Assembly (NCBI GenBank): GCA_964610485.1
Contig: CAZSVW010000001.1
Coordinates: 1 to 36,238, forward strand
Source: Candidatus Hydrothermarchaeota archaeon
GTDB lineage: Archaea; Hydrothermarchaeota; Hydrothermarchaeia; Hydrothermarchaeales; CAZSVW01
Direction of reading: 5' to 3'
Length of the DNA stretch: 36,238 nucleotides
The notes under the pieces are model-generated. The model searched no databases and was not told the origin of the DNA. It was given only the letters and a program-made list of their open reading frames with translations. Below, piece after piece: positions 34,302 through 36,238 of this stretch (position 1 is the stretch's first letter; every line of letters begins with the position of its first letter). Both the position numbers and the translations under genes were made by a program.

Positions 34302-35151
34302 AGAAGTTTTAAATGAAGGACTAAAGAAGATTAAACCCGGTGTAAAGGTGTTAGAAGTAGCTGAATTTGTTGAAAAGTCGATCATTGAAAAAGGAGGAAA
34401 GCCCGCTTTCCCATGCAACATATCTATAAATGAAGTTGCTGCCCATTATTCTCCAAGTGCCTGGGATGAAAGGGTCTTTAAAGAAGGGGACGTAGTAAAG
34501 TTGGATATTGGGGTGCATATAGATGGATACATTGCAGATACTGCAAAAACTAAGGAGCTCGGTTCGTGCTATAAAAAATTAATAAAAGCTAGTGAAGAGG
34601 CGCTTAAAAATGCAATAGAAATAATCAAACCCGGAGTGAAAACCAATGAGGTAGGGGAGGTGATAGAAACTACAATTAAAGAATACGGTTTTCTCCCTAT
34701 CAGCAATCTAACAGGACATCAACTAATGAGATTTACTCTACATGCTGGGACTATAATTCCAAACATAAAAACAAACTACGGAAAAGAATTTAAAGAAGGA
34801 GATGTTTTTGCTTTAGAACCTTTTGCGACCACTGGCTGTGGCAGGGTAGTAGATGATGTGAATGTTTTAATTTTTAGGTATATCCAAGATAAGCCAATGA
34901 GAGTAAGAGAAGCTAGAATTATTTTGCAATATGTAAAAGAAAATTTCAAATCGCTTCCATTTGCTGAGCGATGGATAGCTCATTTGACTTCTAGGCTGAA
35001 ATTGTCACAAGCTCTACGGCTATTAGTCCACTCTAAAGCTCTGCACGCTTATCATGTGCTAAGGGAAAAAGATAAAGGAATAGTTAGCCAAGCTGAACAT
35101 ACGGTTATAGTTACTAAGGAAGGGTGCGAGGTTACTACTGGAGAAATCTAA
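34252..35151 (+). CDS. map: Methionine aminopeptidase, type 2 (archaeal)
   Basis: The YRKAGEIAEEV start resembles archaeal MAP2. AAHYSP, DIGVHIDGYIADTA, GHQL and EPF..TG. Overlaps the tsaC 3' end by 50 nt. Confidence 0.9.
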   Translation: MNRESLKCYRKAGEIAEEVLNEGLKKIKPGVKVLEVAEFVEKSIIEKGGKPAFPCNISINEVAAHYSPSAWDERVFKEGDVVKLDIGVHIDGYIADTAKTKELGSCYKKLIKASEEALKNAIEIIKPGVKTNEVGEVIETTIKEYGFLPISNLTGHQLMRFTLHAGTIIPNIKTNYGKEFKEGDVFALEPFATTGCGRVVDDVNVLIFRYIQDKPMRVREARIILQYVKENFKSLPFAERWIAHLTSRLKLSQALRLLVHSKALHAYHVLREKDKGIVSQAEHTVIVTKEGCEVTTGEI

Positions 35152-35161
35152 ACCTAATTTT

Positions 35162-35635
35162 GTGAAGGGTTCACATTTTTTTGGGAAAATTTTAATATTA
35201 AAGCTTATTAAAAGTATTTACATGAATTCTATGGAGAAAGTAAGAATAAAGTCAGAGATAAAAAAAATTCTAAAAACTATGCCGAATATTCTTTTTGCAT
35301 ATATTCATGGCTCGTTCTTAAAAGAAAAGTTTAGAGATATTGACGTAGCAATTTATTTAGATAAAGAATATGAATATGATAAAAAAACCATTCTAAAAAA
35401 AGAACTAGAACTTGAGGAAATTTTAGGTAGGAAAATAAAATATCCAGTAGATGTTAGAGTTTTGAATAATTCTCCTCTTTCCTTCAGGTTCAACGTAATA
35501 AGGTATGGAGAAATTCTTTTCAGTAAAAATGAAGATGTGAGAAGTGATTTTGAGGCTTTGACGATATCAGAATATCACGACTTTGCATATTTTAGGAGAG
35601 TTTACATGAAGGAGGCTTTGAATCTTGAAGTATAA
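35162..35635 (+). CDS. mntA: MNT-type nucleotidyltransferase antitoxin (type VII TA)
   Basis: YIHGSFLKEKFRDIDVAIY is the GS-X(n)-DxD minimal nucleotidyltransferase motif. The likely true start is ATG 35222 or 35231. Confidence 0.8.
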   Translation: MKGSHFFGKILILKLIKSIYMNSMEKVRIKSEIKKILKTMPNILFAYIHGSFLKEKFRDIDVAIYLDKEYEYDKKTILKKELELEEILGRKIKYPVDVRVLNNSPLSFRFNVIRYGEILFSKNEDVRSDFEALTISEYHDFAYFRRVYMKEALNLEV

Positions 35636-36059
35636 ATATAATCCTGATAAAATAAGGAAGCTCTTCTCAGAATTATTTAATGCATTAGATAAACTTAGAG
35701 AACTTGCAAATTTACCAAAAGATGAATTTTTGAGAGATGTGCATAAAGTTGCAAGTGCAAAATATCATCTTCTAATTGCAATAGAAGCTTCTATTGACAT
35801 GTGTAATCATGTTATTGCTCAGAATAAGCTAAGAACTCCTGAAGATTATGCAGATACTTTTAGAGTTCTGCAAGAAGTTGGAGCATTTCCCAAGGACTTT
35901 CTTCCTAAATTAATAGAAATGGCGAGGTTTAGAAATAGGCTAGTGCATATCTATTGGGAGGTAGATAACGAAGTTATATATCAAATTTTAAAAGAAGATA
36001 TTTCAGATTTAGAGAAATTCACAGAATATTTTACAGAGTTTCTAAAGAAAAAAGTGTAG
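35625..36059 (+). CDS. hepT: HepT/DUF86 toxin (HEPN RNase)
   Basis: FRNRLVHIYWEVD is the Rx4HxY HEPN motif. TTG start with AAGGAGG (35609-35615) 9 nt upstream. Overlaps the MNT stop by 11 nt. Confidence 0.8.
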   Translation: MKYKYNPDKIRKLFSELFNALDKLRELANLPKDEFLRDVHKVASAKYHLLIAIEASIDMCNHVIAQNKLRTPEDYADTFRVLQEVGAFPKDFLPKLIEMARFRNRLVHIYWEVDNEVIYQILKEDISDLEKFTEYFTEFLKKKV

Positions 36060-36062
36060 ATT

Positions 36063-36238
36063 TCACAAAATCTCTTCCACAAATTTTTCGGGGTCGAACT
36101 CAACTAGATCTTCATACCCTTGACCCGTTCCAAGGAAGTAAATTGGCTTATTTAGCAAATAAGCCAGAGAGATAGCTGCTCCGCCCTTTGCATCTGCATC
36201 TGCCTTTGATAAGATAATTCCTCCTATCTCCACAGCCT
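36063..36238 (-). CDS. ftsY: Signal recognition particle receptor FtsY, C-terminal fragment (cut by window edge)
   Basis: The reverse strand reads [57 protein letters not shown]. This is the SRP-GTPase G4/G5 region. The protein ends right after it, as in FtsY; Ffh/SRP54 would continue into an M domain. Confidence 0.7.
   Translation of the reverse strand, partial: AVEIGGIILSKADADAKGGAAISLAYLLNKPIYFLGTGQGYEDLVEFDPEKFVEEIL

Noticed and set aside
1-36238. tRNA, rRNA, CRISPR arrays, integrases or transposases, and prophage boundaries
   Set aside because: Nothing resembling tRNA acceptor/T-arm pairs, repeat-spacer arrays, recombinase motifs or flanking direct repeats was seen by eye. A tRNAscan or Infernal run would be needed to be definitive for small RNAs.

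Overview
AT-rich archaeal chromosomal segment. The archaeal assignment rests on a family-B DNA polymerase, Cgi121, a PAC2/Pba proteasome chaperone, ApgM, a type-2 methionine aminopeptidase, a split three-gene GOGAT, TATA-like AT boxes and GGAGGTGA-type ribosome binding sites. I support about 45 protein-coding genes, most in tightly coupled operons with ATGA, TAATG, GTGA or TTGA stop/start overlaps. I saw no rRNA, tRNA, CRISPR array, integrase or transposase.

Main blocks:
1. 1-7317 (+): ten genes with no intergenic gaps. A MvhD-type Fe-S fragment is followed by a geranylgeranyl-reductase-like flavoprotein, a bipartite lipoate-protein ligase (LplA plus LplB) and three radical-SAM genes of two families. 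This matches the recently described LipS1/LipS2 (+LipT) lipoate assembly pathway but carries an extra paralog. An uncharacterised trio follows directly: a degenerate M23/hybrid-motif protein, a SagB-type nitroreductase and a PflA/AmrS-like radical SAM enzyme.
2. 7363-10289 (+): acyP, an ACT-domain gene, hom and apgM.
3. 10521-12106 (+): an m5C RNA methyltransferase and cgi121.
4. 12144-16133: an accessory-looking stretch. It holds two tandem membrane-anchored E/K coiled-coil paralogs, a helical protein, an AbrB fusion to a Cys-rich domain, a Cys-motif membrane protein and a frameshifted SplB-like radical SAM gene.
5. 16130-17581 (-): a proteostasis operon (PAC2/Pba with a C-terminal HbYX motif, Hsp20, thioredoxin with a CLPC site).
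6. 17688-19577 (+): a 629-aa polyferredoxin with MvhD-like modules.
7. 20120-29216 (-): a nitrogen-assimilation supercluster. In transcription order it is TrxR-like FNR (no CxxC), glnA, an unknown 104-aa protein, a HisC-type aminotransferase, an HdrB-HdrC reversed fusion and the split GOGAT.
8. 29275-36238: housekeeping genes (IPMDH family, tatA, polB, HAD, tsaC/sua5-like, map), an MNT-HepT toxin-antitoxin pair and the 3' end of ftsY.

All functional calls come from reading motifs in the supplied translations. No database search was possible.
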